A DNA stretch of 64,000 nucleotides from an uncultured Sulfitobacter sp. (GCA_963976125.1 CAXBKL010000001.1:3644-67643); one strand, 5' to 3'; counted from the stretch's first letter, positions 41,306 to 51,004 are shown. Notes: generated by a model from the letters alone, not told the origin. Translations and numbers: made by a program.

Positions 41306-41659
41306 TCAGGCTCCTTCGTTCTTGTCGGCCCCTTGGGGCGCATTTGCCGCGGCCTCTTCGGCCATCTTCTTATCCTGGATTTCCTGCGCAGAGCGGAGCA
41401 TCGTCTTTACCCCGGCCGCAAGACCCAGCATCGTAAACAGCACCATAAAGATGGGCAGCGTGCCAAGCAGCACATCAAGCCCGTATCCGATGCCGAAACC
41501 GATCCCAAGACCGGCTACAAGTTCAATCACCATTCGCCAGGCAAGCTGTGCCTGAGAATAATGTTCATCCGCGCGGGGTTTCGGCGCACTGCGCGCCTTG
41601 GCGGCTTTGATCCGGGCCTCTAGCTGCTCTAGCTGCTGCTGTTGGTCGGGGTCAGTCAC
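41306..41659 (-). CDS. atpI: ATP synthase protein I (AtpZ/AtpI)
   Basis: [23 protein letters not shown]; first gene of the operon. Confidence 0.9.
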   Translation of the reverse strand: MTDPDQQQQLEQLEARIKAAKARSAPKPRADEHYSQAQLAWRMVIELVAGLGIGFGIGYGLDVLLGTLPIFMVLFTMLGLAAGVKTMLRSAQEIQDKKMAEEAAANAPQGADKNEGA

Positions 41660-41831
41660 GCCATATTTCCCATCCGATGACTTGCCCGTTTGCTACTGGT
41701 GCGGCCGATCAGAGTCAACTGGAACCGAAATTCCATTAATGCATTGTTTTATATATATATTTTTCAAATCAATCGTGACGCTCCAACACCGAAACCCCTG
41801 TTGTTTGCGCAATCAGTGGGGGATTGTTTAT

Positions 41832-41847
41832 TCAACCAATTGGTTGA
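41832..41847. promoter_or_regulatory. Perfect palindrome TCAACCAATTGGTTGA, candidate ArsR operator
   Basis: 31 nt upstream of the ArsR ATG. Confidence 0.6.
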
Positions 41848-41878
41848 CGATTGACCAACTTCGGCGCAAAGCGATGGC

Positions 41879-42214
41879 ATGACCGATCAACTTGATACCG
41901 TGTTTGCCGCCCTCAGCGACCCGACCCGGCGCGCCATTCTGACGATGCTGTTGGAGGACGACATGGCCGTCACGGACGTGGCTGAGCCATTTGAGATGTC
42001 GCTGGCCGCGATTTCAAAGCACCTTACCGTGCTCAGCATGGCGGGGCTGATTTCACAGGAAAAACGTGGCCGGGTGAAATGGTGCAAGCTGGAACCCGAC
42101 GCGCTGCGGGGGGCGTCCACCTGGATGCAGGGGTTTGGACAGTTCGAGCCCGTCAATCTCGACGCCTTTGAACGGTTCCTGGCGCGCGAGCACCTGGATG
42201 AGGATCGACCTTAG
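41879..42214 (+). CDS. ArsR/SmtB-family regulator
   Basis: FAALSDPTRRAIL...SLAAISKHLTVL..AGLI..EKRGR. Confidence 0.92.
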   Translation: MTDQLDTVFAALSDPTRRAILTMLLEDDMAVTDVAEPFEMSLAAISKHLTVLSMAGLISQEKRGRVKWCKLEPDALRGASTWMQGFGQFEPVNLDAFERFLAREHLDEDRP

Positions 42215-42309
42215 GGCACGCCACAGTACGCAGCAAAAACCATGCTACTCGTTCAACGGGTCGGAAGCCCATTGCCAACGACAACAGGCCAATGCAGCGG
42301 TGAAGGCGG

Positions 42310-42384
42310 TCAGATCATGCCGGCGATACGCAATGCAGCAAGTACGATGACAGCAATTCCGACAAGATAGACAATGCGACGCAT
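42310..42384 (-). CDS. Small membrane protein, 24 aa (not in ORF track)
   Basis: MRRIVYLVGIAVIVLAALRIAGMI*; GGAAGGG RBS upstream; single TM with basic flanks. Confidence 0.6.
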   Translation of the reverse strand: MRRIVYLVGIAVIVLAALRIAGMI

Positions 42385-42428
42385 GAGATAGCCCTTCCAA
42401 TTCAGGTCTGCGAAAGGCGTTCCCATCG

Positions 42429-43337
42429 TCAAGTTCGGTCAGGAACGACCACCGCAACGGTATCGTCGCGCAAAAGCAGGGCCAAAGCAAGAATTGTCAG
42501 CCCGACCCCGCCCAGCACCAGAACCGCAGGAGGCGCGTTGCCAAGCGCGACCTCCCAGACGATGACCCAGCTTGGCGTCAGATAGGTATAGGCCATGACC
42601 TTGGCCGACGGCAGGCGCAGCGCTGCAAACTGAAGAAGGATCACGGTGACAGCAGTCGCAAAGAACGCCGTATAAAAAAGCGTAATCCAGACCATTGTTG
42701 GCAAGGCACTCCAGTCCGTTGCCATGATGTCCGGCCAGGCGTAGACGCCCAAAAGGATCGCGCCCGCAAAAACAGTTCCAAAGGTCGATGTGACGGCACT
42801 TTCGCCCTTGTTCAGGCGGCGCACCATAGGGGTATAGATCGCGTGCGAGATGCAGCCGATGAAATAGATCGCCTCGCCGCGGCCCACGTCAAATGCCAGC
42901 ACAGCCCCCAGATCACCGCGAAAGATAACCCAAAGCGCGCCCACTCCGCCAATTGCCAGCGCCAAGGCCATGCGCGGTGTCACGATTTGGCGCAAGATGA
43001 CGTAGGCAAAACCGGCGGCCATCAGCGGCACCAGCGTAAAGACCGCCGCCGCACTGATCGGCGGTGCCGTCCGCAACCCTTCGAACATCAAAACAAAATA
43101 CAGCCCAAAAAGCCCGCCCAGAACCGCATAGCGCCACGGGGCATCGAAATTCCTGGCCGCCAGGCCACCGCGCTGCCACGCCAGCACGCCGACAAAAACC
43201 GACGCCAGACCGAACCGCGCCGCCGTAAAGGCCGTTGGCGCAATATCATTGGCCATCATCGAGCCAAGCGAAAAAGAACCTGCCACCAATGCGGAAAAGG
43301 CAAGCATCGCCAGATGCCCCTGCGTGCCTGGGCTCAC
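42429..43337 (-). CDS. DMT/EamA transporter
   Basis: About 10 TM segments in two EamA-like repeats; GTG start overlaps the LysR stop. Confidence 0.88.
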   Translation of the reverse strand: MSPGTQGHLAMLAFSALVAGSFSLGSMMANDIAPTAFTAARFGLASVFVGVLAWQRGGLAARNFDAPWRYAVLGGLFGLYFVLMFEGLRTAPPISAAAVFTLVPLMAAGFAYVILRQIVTPRMALALAIGGVGALWVIFRGDLGAVLAFDVGRGEAIYFIGCISHAIYTPMVRRLNKGESAVTSTFGTVFAGAILLGVYAWPDIMATDWSALPTMVWITLFYTAFFATAVTVILLQFAALRLPSAKVMAYTYLTPSWVIVWEVALGNAPPAVLVLGGVGLTILALALLLRDDTVAVVVPDRT

Positions 43338-44212
43338 AAAAATGCCTCGGCCGCATGAGCCTTGAGAAATTGAAGCAACGTCTGAACCTTTGTTGTCCGG
43401 TGCAGATCTACGTGGGTCACCAGCCACAGGGCCGATGACCATTCAGGGCGCGGCGCGTACACCTCGATCAGATCCGGGTGGGCGCGGCCCTGAACCGCCG
43501 CCAGAAACCCGATCCCGGCCCCCGCAACCGTGGCCGCAACACAGGCCCGTTCATCGGAACACCGGAACATCACCGATGATGGCGGTACATTCTGACGTAA
43601 CCAAACGTAGTGTGGTGCCCGGCTGCCTTCCTGCTCAGGTCCGACAAATCTGTGTTTCGCATGGTCATCAGGGCCTTCTGGCATGCCGTAGGCTTCAACA
43701 TAAGTCCGGCTGGCGTAGGCCGCGACCGGCACCTTGCAAAACGGTTGCACAACATTGTCGGGTTGTTCCGATGAGGCACCCGCACGGATCGCCACATGCG
43801 CTTCTGCGTATTCGAGCCGGAACAATCGATCGCCGGTCACGTATCTGACCGTCACGTCCCTGTGCTGCTCCTGAAATGCCGCCAACAGCGGCGTCACCTG
43901 ACCAGACAGCGATGTCAGGGAGGTTACAACAAGATCACCGGACACCTCCGCGCCCCGCCCCTTGATCCGTCCGGCAAGCTGGTTGAACTGATCTTCGGTG
44001 GCCTGCGCCACCCGCAACAGATCCTCACCGGATTCGGTTGCCGTATAGCCACGCGCGTGGCGCTGAAACAGCTTGACGCCCAGCCGCCCCTCAAGCGCGT
44101 CTATGTGACGGATGACAGTCGCATGATGCACGCCCAGCACGTCGGCCGCGCCGCTGACCGTGCCCATTCGCGCTACCTGGTAGGCTGTTTTGATTTCGTC
44201 CCAATTTTCCAT
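43334..44212 (-). CDS. LysR-family regulator
   Basis: MENWDEIKTAYQVARMGTVSGAADVLGVHHATVIRHIDALE; full substrate-binding domain. Confidence 0.92.
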   Translation of the reverse strand: MENWDEIKTAYQVARMGTVSGAADVLGVHHATVIRHIDALEGRLGVKLFQRHARGYTATESGEDLLRVAQATEDQFNQLAGRIKGRGAEVSGDLVVTSLTSLSGQVTPLLAAFQEQHRDVTVRYVTGDRLFRLEYAEAHVAIRAGASSEQPDNVVQPFCKVPVAAYASRTYVEAYGMPEGPDDHAKHRFVGPEQEGSRAPHYVWLRQNVPPSSVMFRCSDERACVAATVAGAGIGFLAAVQGRAHPDLIEVYAPRPEWSSALWLVTHVDLHRTTKVQTLLQFLKAHAAEAFL

Positions 44213-44479
44213 CGCGGCATTCATGCGCCCATTGTGCGTAACTGAACAGTCTTTCCGTCATACAAGGGCCAAGCCTCGTCAAGTGCAAGAGCCAAATCGG
44301 CGTCACACCGGGTGCGTCAGGCCTGCCGGACCCGGTGTGACCTCACTCTTGGCCATTTGTCAGTGCCGCCCCAAAATCGCGGCGCGAAACCGCAAGCTGG
44401 TTGCCAGTGAGTTCTGGGGCGCAGCCCCTGCGCGAAAAAGACATTTCCAACTGAGACACCACCTCCCGGCTGGCAACGC

Positions 44480-44699
44480 TTGACTCGTGCCGCCCCACCG
44501 CCTAAACGCTCCCAAACCCCGGAAGCCATGCCTTCCGGTCCCTTTGCCGTTTGGCAGGGATCGCCCTCAGTCAGCGCAATGCGCCCACTGGGGCGAACGT
44601 CGTTTGTTCCGCATGCGGTGGGGCAGGCAATTGTGCATTCTGGTGGGTGTTCCTACATTGGAACGATCCCGCAACCGAACCGAGAAAGGGGCTTGCCCC
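44480..44699 (+). promoter_or_regulatory. ffh promoter and structured 5' leader, probably containing the alphaproteobacterial ffh RNA motif
   Basis: TTGACT-N17-TAAACG; hairpins at 44519-44538, 44539-44560 and 44643-44672 (GTGGGT-GTTCC-tacatt-GGAAC-GAT-CCCGC). Confidence 0.5.
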
Positions 44700-46193
44700 A
44701 TGTTTGAAAACCTCAGCGAACGCCTCTCTGGTGTCTTTGATCGCCTGACCAAACAGGGTGCCCTGTCAGAAGACGACGTTAAGACCGCGCTGCGCGAAGT
44801 ACGTGTTGCGCTGCTGGAGGCGGACGTATCTTTGCCGGTGGCGCGCGATTTCGTCAAAGCGGTGCAGGACAAGGCCACCGGACAAGCGGTCACAAAATCC
44901 GTCACCCCCGGTCAGCAGGTCGTCAAGATCGTGCATGACGCGCTGATCGACGTGCTCAGGGGCGAAGGCGAGCCGGGCACGCTCAAGGTCGACAATCCAC
45001 CTGCTCCGATCCTGATGGTCGGGTTGCAGGGCGGCGGCAAGACAACAACAACCGCCAAGCTGGCCAAGCGGCTCAAGGAGCGGGACGGCAAGCGCGTGCT
45101 GATGGCCTCGCTCGACGTGAACCGCCCGGCCGCCATGGAACAGCTGGCAATCCTTGGTACCCAGATCGGTGTCGATACCCTGCCGATCGTCAAGGGCGAA
45201 GACCCCGTTGCCATCGCCAGGCGTGCCAAGACGCAGGCGGGCCTTGGCGGCTATGACGTCTTTATGCTCGATACAGCGGGCCGTCTGTCCATCGACGAAG
45301 AGTTGATGGCCCAGGTCGAGGCGGTGCGCGATGTCGCTACACCCCGTGAAACGCTTCTTGTTGTTGATGGCCTGACCGGCCAGGACGCTGTGCATACGGC
45401 CGAAAACTTTGACGAACGCATCGGCATCTCCGGCGTTGTCCTCACTCGGATGGACGGCGACGGACGCGGCGGCGCGGCCCTGTCGATGCGCGCAGTGACC
45501 GGCAAGCCAATCAAGTTTGTGGGCCTTGGCGAAAAGATGGACGCGCTTGAGACGTTCGAGCCTGAGCGCATTGCGGGCCGTATCCTTGGCATGGGTGACA
45601 TTGTTGCGCTTGTGGAAAAGGCGCAGGAAACCATCGAGGCCGAACAGGCCGAGCGCATGATGAGGCGCATGGCCAAGGGTCAGTTCAACATGAATGACCT
45701 CAAGATGCAGCTTGAACAGATGATCCAGATGGGCGGCATGCAGGGCATGATGGGCATGATGCCCGGCATGGGCAAAATGGCCAAACAGGTCGAGGACGCC
45801 GGGCTGGACGACAAGATTCTCAAACAGCAGATCGCGCTCATTCAGTCGATGACCAAGAAAGAACGTGCAAACCCCCAATTGCTGCAGGCCTCCCGCAAAA
45901 AACGTATTGCCAAGGGTGCCGGCATGGAGGTTTCCGACCTTAACAAGCTGATGAAAATGCACCGTCAGATGTCCGACATGATGAAAAAGATGGGCAAGAT
46001 GGGCAAAGGCGGCATGCTCAAACAGGCCATGAAAGGTATGTTTGGCAAGGGCGGCATGCCTGCGGACATGGCCGCTGGCATGGATCCCAAGGCACTGGAG
46101 GCCGCGGCCAAGCAGATGGGTGGCAAGATGCCCGGCATGGGCGGCGGCATGGGCCTGCCCCCCGGCCTGAGCGGGTTTGGCAAGAAGAAATGA
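44700..46193 (+). CDS. ffh: Signal recognition particle protein Ffh
   Basis: MFENLSERL, GLQGGGKTTT, DTAGR, TRMDGD; Met-rich M domain. Confidence 0.97.
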   Translation: MFENLSERLSGVFDRLTKQGALSEDDVKTALREVRVALLEADVSLPVARDFVKAVQDKATGQAVTKSVTPGQQVVKIVHDALIDVLRGEGEPGTLKVDNPPAPILMVGLQGGGKTTTTAKLAKRLKERDGKRVLMASLDVNRPAAMEQLAILGTQIGVDTLPIVKGEDPVAIARRAKTQAGLGGYDVFMLDTAGRLSIDEELMAQVEAVRDVATPRETLLVVDGLTGQDAVHTAENFDERIGISGVVLTRMDGDGRGGAALSMRAVTGKPIKFVGLGEKMDALETFEPERIAGRILGMGDIVALVEKAQETIEAEQAERMMRRMAKGQFNMNDLKMQLEQMIQMGGMQGMMGMMPGMGKMAKQVEDAGLDDKILKQQIALIQSMTKKERANPQLLQASRKKRIAKGAGMEVSDLNKLMKMHRQMSDMMKKMGKMGKGGMLKQAMKGMFGKGGMPADMAAGMDPKALEAAAKQMGGKMPGMGGGMGLPPGLSGFGKKK

Positions 46194-46519
46194 ACCCCAT
46201 GACCTTCACCACGCCGCATTTGGAAACCAATCGGTTGATCCTGCGCACTCAGGGTCCGCAGGACGCGGCGGCGCGCGCCTGCATTCATCATGCCTGGGGC
46301 GTGCCGGGGTGGGACACCCACGTCAGCTACATCTCGCTTGGCGATAAACCGTCTGTTCAACTGTCCGAACGCCCAGGGGCGATGCGTGATCCTGATACGA
46401 TGCAGATCAAGGCCGATGATCCCTGCCAAGCATATCTCCACCCTCAGGGGGGCGGCATGATGTTCGCAAGACCCCGTGGTGAATCCGCTCACTTCAATCC
46501 CACTCAGGAGGCCGCATGA
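46190..46519 (+). pseudogene. RimJ/RimL-type GNAT acetyltransferase remnant with an in-frame internal deletion
   Basis: N-terminal TPHLETNRLILR..PQD is joined directly to a degenerate C-terminal AARA...GWDTHVSYI...SVQLSERPGA; the central GNAT core is absent. Confidence 0.65.
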
Positions 46520-46812
46520 CCGATGCCGTCACCCGCGCCGCTGAGGTGCTCAAAGACCACCGTTCTTCCATCGACCGGCTCGATGCCATCCTCGTCTACA
46601 CACTGGGCGAGCGGTTCAAACACACACAGGCTGTGGGGAAACTCAAAGCCGAACACGACCTTCCCCCGTCCGATCCCAACCGCGAAGCGGATCAGATCGC
46701 GCGGCTAGAAGATTTGGCAACTCGGGCCGATCTGGACCCGGAATTCGCCAAGAAGTTTCTCAACTTCATCATCGCTGAAGTCATTCAGCATCATAAACGT
46801 CACCAATCGTAA
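46516..46812 (+). CDS. Chorismate mutase (AroQ, CM_2)
   Basis: RSSIDRLDAILVYTLGERF...VGKLKAEHDLPPSDPNRE. Confidence 0.9.
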   Translation: MTDAVTRAAEVLKDHRSSIDRLDAILVYTLGERFKHTQAVGKLKAEHDLPPSDPNREADQIARLEDLATRADLDPEFAKKFLNFIIAEVIQHHKRHQS

Positions 46813-46854
46813 AATCGGGGCATCGCCCCACACAAACCCAAAGGACACTACACC

Positions 46855-47244
46855 ATGGCTATGAAAATTCGTCTCGCCCGCGGCGGCTCCAAAAAACGCC
46901 CTTTCTACCGGATCGTCGCAGCAGACAGCCGTATGCCACGCGACGGCCGCTTTATCGAGAAACTGGGCACCTATAATCCCTTGCTGCCAAAAGACAGCGA
47001 AGAGCGCGTGAAAATGGACGTCGAGAAAGTCCAGGAATGGATGGCAAAGGGCGCACAACCTACTGACCGTGTACGCCGCATGTTGGAAGCCGCTGGCGCA
47101 TTGCCCAAGACCGAGCGCAGCAACCCCAACAAGGGCACACCGGGCAAGAAAGCCCAGGAGCGCGTGCAAGAGAAGGCCGACAAGGCAGCAGCCGCAGCCG
47201 AAGCCGCCGCAGCACCAGCAGAAGAAGCGCCCGCGGAAGAATAA
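46855..47244 (+). CDS. rpsP: 30S ribosomal protein S16
   Basis: [39 protein letters not shown]. Confidence 0.98.
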   Translation: MAMKIRLARGGSKKRPFYRIVAADSRMPRDGRFIEKLGTYNPLLPKDSEERVKMDVEKVQEWMAKGAQPTDRVRRMLEAAGALPKTERSNPNKGTPGKKAQERVQEKADKAAAAAEAAAAPAEEAPAEE

Positions 47245-47434
47245 GAAAAGCAGCGGTCCGACATGTCCATTCCTGAATGGCTCCATGTGTCGGGCCGCTC
47301 ATCCTGACGCGGTGGCAGTGCAACAGCGGCTGGTGGTTTTTCCATCTCAGGATGGGCCAGCACGACCCCCCCGTGCCCGAACCAGAAACCAAGGGCCGGG
47401 AGACCCGAACACCCGCCCTGCCTATTGAAAGCTG

Positions 47435-47587
47435 ATGATGCTGCGCCTTGTAATCCTGCTGATCGTCCTGCTGATCGGATTTTCCGGTGGTATCTGGTAT
47501 GATCGTTATCAAATGCGCGTTGAATGCGCCAATGGCGAAGGCGAATGGACCGGCACCATTTGTGTGAATTCGGAGTTACTTCAGTGA
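47435..47587 (+). CDS. Small membrane-anchored protein, 50 aa (not in ORF track)
   Basis: [50 protein letters not shown]; TM plus a Cys pair. Confidence 0.7.
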   Translation: MMLRLVILLIVLLIGFSGGIWYDRYQMRVECANGEGEWTGTICVNSELLQ

Positions 47588-47597
47588 GCGATTTGAA

Positions 47598-48119
47598 ATG
47601 GACGATCTGATCTGTGTTGGTGCCATTGCCGGTTCTTTTGGGGTGCGCGGGGAGCTGCGGATAAAAAGCTATTGCGCGGTGCCCGAAGACATCGAACACT
47701 ACGGCCCGCTGATGTCCGAAGATGGAAAACGTCAATTCAACCTGGCAATTCTGCGCCCGATCAAGAACGGGTTTGCCGCGCGCATCCCCGAGGTCGCCAC
47801 CAAAGAAGATGCCGACGCGCTGCGCGGTGTCGCGCTTTTTGCGCACAGAGATCAACTGCCCTCGTTGCCGGATGATGAATTCTATCACGCCGACCTGATC
47901 GGGTTGGCGGTCTATGACACCGGCGGCGTGTTGTTGGGCCGGGTCAAGACGGTCCAGAACCATGGCGCGGATGACCTCTTGGAATTGCAGTTCGACGGCT
48001 CCTCCGCCACCACATTCCTGCCCTTCACCAAGGCCGCCGTGCCGACGGTCGATTTATCGGCGGGCCGGATCGTCGCCGACCCGCCGATTGGCATCCTGCC
48101 AGAGCGTGACGAAACCTGA
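47598..48119 (+). CDS. rimM: Ribosome maturation factor RimM
   Basis: [35 protein letters not shown]. Confidence 0.96.
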   Translation: MDDLICVGAIAGSFGVRGELRIKSYCAVPEDIEHYGPLMSEDGKRQFNLAILRPIKNGFAARIPEVATKEDADALRGVALFAHRDQLPSLPDDEFYHADLIGLAVYDTGGVLLGRVKTVQNHGADDLLELQFDGSSATTFLPFTKAAVPTVDLSAGRIVADPPIGILPERDET

Positions 48120-48907
48120 TGCCACGCCGGATCATCATCCACGCAGGCTTTCACAAGACCGGTACCTCCTCCCTTCAGGCCTGTCTGCGCGAAAACCGGG
48201 TGGCGATGAAAAAGCAGGTCGCGCTGCGCCTGCGCTGGCATATGAAAGATCTGGTGGCGGCAACGCGTGGCTATTCCACCTGGCGGGATCCCCTGACACT
48301 AATGAAGGTGCAGCATCGGTTCGAGACCTTGCTGAATGACCTTCCCGGCATGCCGCGCCGCTCGCTGATAATTTCGGCCGAGGAACTGGCCGGGCATTTA
48401 CCCGGGCGCGGTGATCTGGCTGATTATTCGGCGGCACCGGTCTTGCTCTACGCTTTTTGGGAAATCGCAAAAGAGCGGTTTCCTGAGGCGGAAATCCTGC
48501 TCTACCTGTCCACCCGCGCCGCTGATCCCTGGCTCCGGTCTGCCTATTGGGAACATGTCAAGGCTTCCAACATGACGATGGATTTTGATGCGTTCCACAA
48601 GGCATATCACGGCGCCGCCGACCTGAACGCCATGGTGGCCGAAATCGCCAGCAGGGTGCCAGCGCCGGTACATCACTGTGCATTGGAAGCGTGTCAGGAC
48701 CGCCCGCTGGGCCCCGCGCAACCCTTGCTGGACCTGTGCGACCTGCCGATGGATGTGCAGGTAGAATTGATCCGCCCGCCCAGGCAGAACGCCGGTCTGG
48801 GCGATGACGTTCTTGATGCCCTGTTGCAGGTCAACCGCACCCAGGACGATCCGGACCTGCGCAAAGCCGCCAAGGCGGCGATCCTGTCTGAGGCACGGGG
48901 CGCATGA
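48119..48907 (+). CDS. Hypothetical protein, sulfotransferase-superfamily-like
   Basis: IIIHAGFHKTGTSSLQ resembles a 5'-phosphosulfate-binding loop; IISAEEL; stop/start overlaps on both sides. Confidence 0.65.
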   Translation: MPRRIIIHAGFHKTGTSSLQACLRENRVAMKKQVALRLRWHMKDLVAATRGYSTWRDPLTLMKVQHRFETLLNDLPGMPRRSLIISAEELAGHLPGRGDLADYSAAPVLLYAFWEIAKERFPEAEILLYLSTRAADPWLRSAYWEHVKASNMTMDFDAFHKAYHGAADLNAMVAEIASRVPAPVHHCALEACQDRPLGPAQPLLDLCDLPMDVQVELIRPPRQNAGLGDDVLDALLQVNRTQDDPDLRKAAKAAILSEARGA

Positions 48908-49692
48908 AACCCACCCGGTCGCATGCGCGCCAATCGGTTCAGGCCAGCCTGAAACCCCGCGAATTGATGCAGGACAAGCCGAATTATGCCGATGTCTGGC
49001 AGGCCCGCGTGGTCACGCTGTTTCCCGAGCTTTTCCCCGGAGTGCTGGGGGCCAGCCTGACCGGCAAGGCGTTGCAGGACGGGCGCTGGCAATTGCACAC
49101 CCATGACCTGCGCCGTTTCGGCATCGGCAAGCACCGCAATGTCGATGACACCCCTGCGGGGGGCGGCGCGGGAATGGTGATGCGCGCCGATGTTGTCGGG
49201 CCTGCGATCGAAGCTGCACAGGCACATGCGCGGGGGCGCTGGCCGATTCTGTACATGTCGCCGCGTGGGCGGCGGTTTGATCAGGCGATGGCGCGTGATC
49301 TGGCGGAATGCGCGGGCGTCACCATGCTGTGCGGGCGGTTTGAAGGCGTCGACGAACGGGTGATCGAACATTATGGTATCACCGAAGTCTCGCTGGGCGA
49401 TTTTGTCATGACCGGCGGGGAATTGGCGGCGCAGGCCATGATCGACGCCATTGTGCGCCTTTTGCCCGGCGTATTGGGCAATGCCGAAAGCACGGTTGAG
49501 GAAAGCCATTCAGACGGGCTGCTGGAACATCCGCAATACACCCGCCCCGCGATCTGGCAAGGGCGCGAGATACCGGACGTCCTTATGTCGGGCAATCACA
49601 AGAAGATTGCCGATTGGCGGCGCAAAATGTCGGTTGATCTTACAAAATCCCGTCGCCCCGACCTGATCAAGGATCGTCAGGACGACGGGTAG
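48904..49692 (+). CDS. trmD: tRNA (guanine-N1)-methyltransferase
   Basis: VDDTPAGGGAGMV, CGRFEGVDER, SLGDFVMTGGE, LLEHPQYTRP. Confidence 0.97.
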   Translation: MKPTRSHARQSVQASLKPRELMQDKPNYADVWQARVVTLFPELFPGVLGASLTGKALQDGRWQLHTHDLRRFGIGKHRNVDDTPAGGGAGMVMRADVVGPAIEAAQAHARGRWPILYMSPRGRRFDQAMARDLAECAGVTMLCGRFEGVDERVIEHYGITEVSLGDFVMTGGELAAQAMIDAIVRLLPGVLGNAESTVEESHSDGLLEHPQYTRPAIWQGREIPDVLMSGNHKKIADWRRKMSVDLTKSRRPDLIKDRQDDG

Positions 49693-49767
49693 CGCACGTC
49701 CTCACAAAAACCGTTCCGGGAGGGAAGCGGCAATGATGAAGATGTGCCCATCACAGAGACTTTTGGT

Positions 49768-50019
49768 CTATACGGTTTCTGCCTTGGATTTGAGATAGGC
49801 GTAAATCTCGTCCTTGAGTACCATGCGTTGCTTGCGCATATCGACCATGTGATCGTCGCTTGTCGGTTCAATGTTCGTTTCGGCCCGATGCAACGCCCGG
49901 TTCAGCGTGTGATAGTCATCCGCCAACTTTTCGAAATGGCCGTCGGTCTGACGCAGTGTCGCCATTTGTTCGACCAACTCGGGAAATTCTTCTGACAATT
50001 CATGGGGTACGTGAGACAT
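49768..50019 (-). CDS. DUF465/YdcH family protein
   Basis: HELSEEFP...HFEKLADDYH..N...RKQRMVLKDEI. Confidence 0.85.
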   Translation of the reverse strand: MSHVPHELSEEFPELVEQMATLRQTDGHFEKLADDYHTLNRALHRAETNIEPTSDDHMVDMRKQRMVLKDEIYAYLKSKAETV

Positions 50020-50046
50020 AGGGATACTTTTCCTGTTTGCTATTTC

Positions 50047-50937
50047 TTAGGATTTTCTGGCTTTGGGATGCAAAGATGAGGCAAGGACATGATCTGTCTG
50101 CCGCAGTAATGTTTCTGCCTGATGATAGATCAATGGATCAGGAGGTGTGGCGACCGACAAATCTTTGTCGGGGTAATCAAGCTGAGACAGGAAATGCCGC
50201 ATACAGGTCAGGCGCGCGCGTTTCTTGTCATTTGACCGGATCACTGTCCAAGGTGCATCCGCCGTGTCGGTGTAAAAGAACATCGCTTCCTTGGCTTCGG
50301 TATAGTCATCCCACTTATCAAGGCTTGCCCGGTCCACAGGTGACAGTTTCCACCGCTTCAGCGGGTCGGTTTCACGCGATTCAAACCGGCGCTTCTGTTC
50401 CTCTTGCGTGACCGAGAACCAGTATTTGAACAACTTGATCCCTGACCGGACCAACATGCGTTCAAATTCCGGCGTCTGGCGCATGAATTCGAGATACTCA
50501 CCGGGTTCACAAAAATTCATGACCCGTTCCACCCCGGCGCGGTTGTACCAGGAGCGGTCATAAAGGACGATTTCGCCCGCCGTGGGCAGATGTTTGATAT
50601 AGCGCTGGAAAAACCACTGGCCGCGCTCTTCTTCGGTTGGCTTGTTCAATGCGACCACGCGCGCCTCGCGCGGGTTGAGATGTTCGGTAAACCGTTTGAT
50701 GGTGCCGCCCTTGCCCGCCGCATCCCGGCCCTCGAACAACAGCACAAATTTCTGACCGGTCTCGTGCACCCAATGCTGCACCTTGAGCAACTCGACCTGA
50801 AGCGCAGACTTTTCCTCTTCATAGGTCTTGCGGTCCAGCTTCTCGGCATAGGGGTATTTGCCTTCTTCAAAACCAAGGATTTCCGCCTTGCGTACGTCTT
50901 GCAGCTTTCCGTTGTCACTTTGATTTTCAACTGGCAT
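50047..50937 (-). CDS. ppk2: Polyphosphate kinase 2
   Basis: FEGRDAAGKGGTIKR, DRSWYNRAGVERVM, SNDKKRAR. Confidence 0.95.
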   Translation of the reverse strand: MPVENQSDNGKLQDVRKAEILGFEEGKYPYAEKLDRKTYEEEKSALQVELLKVQHWVHETGQKFVLLFEGRDAAGKGGTIKRFTEHLNPREARVVALNKPTEEERGQWFFQRYIKHLPTAGEIVLYDRSWYNRAGVERVMNFCEPGEYLEFMRQTPEFERMLVRSGIKLFKYWFSVTQEEQKRRFESRETDPLKRWKLSPVDRASLDKWDDYTEAKEAMFFYTDTADAPWTVIRSNDKKRARLTCMRHFLSQLDYPDKDLSVATPPDPLIYHQAETLLRQTDHVLASSLHPKARKS

Positions 50938-51004
50938 GGGGCATCCTCAGGTTTGGGCTTTTCTGTACCGTCACGGACAATGTCACCACCGCAATCTGCC
51001 TGCA

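Noticed and set aside
41745-41765. (TA)n and T-run upstream of atpI
   Set aside because: Too short to suggest phase variation; probably an ordinary UP-element-like AT tract.
44225-44699. Possible 4.5S SRP RNA next to ffh
   Set aside because: The conserved GTCAGG-TCCGGAAGGAAGCAGC core is absent on both strands; only leader-type hairpins are present.
50963-50986. PhoB-like half-sites CCGTCAC/ATGTCAC near ppk2
   Set aside because: The period is 12 bp rather than 11 and the orientation is opposite to ppk2; the FNR box explains the region better.
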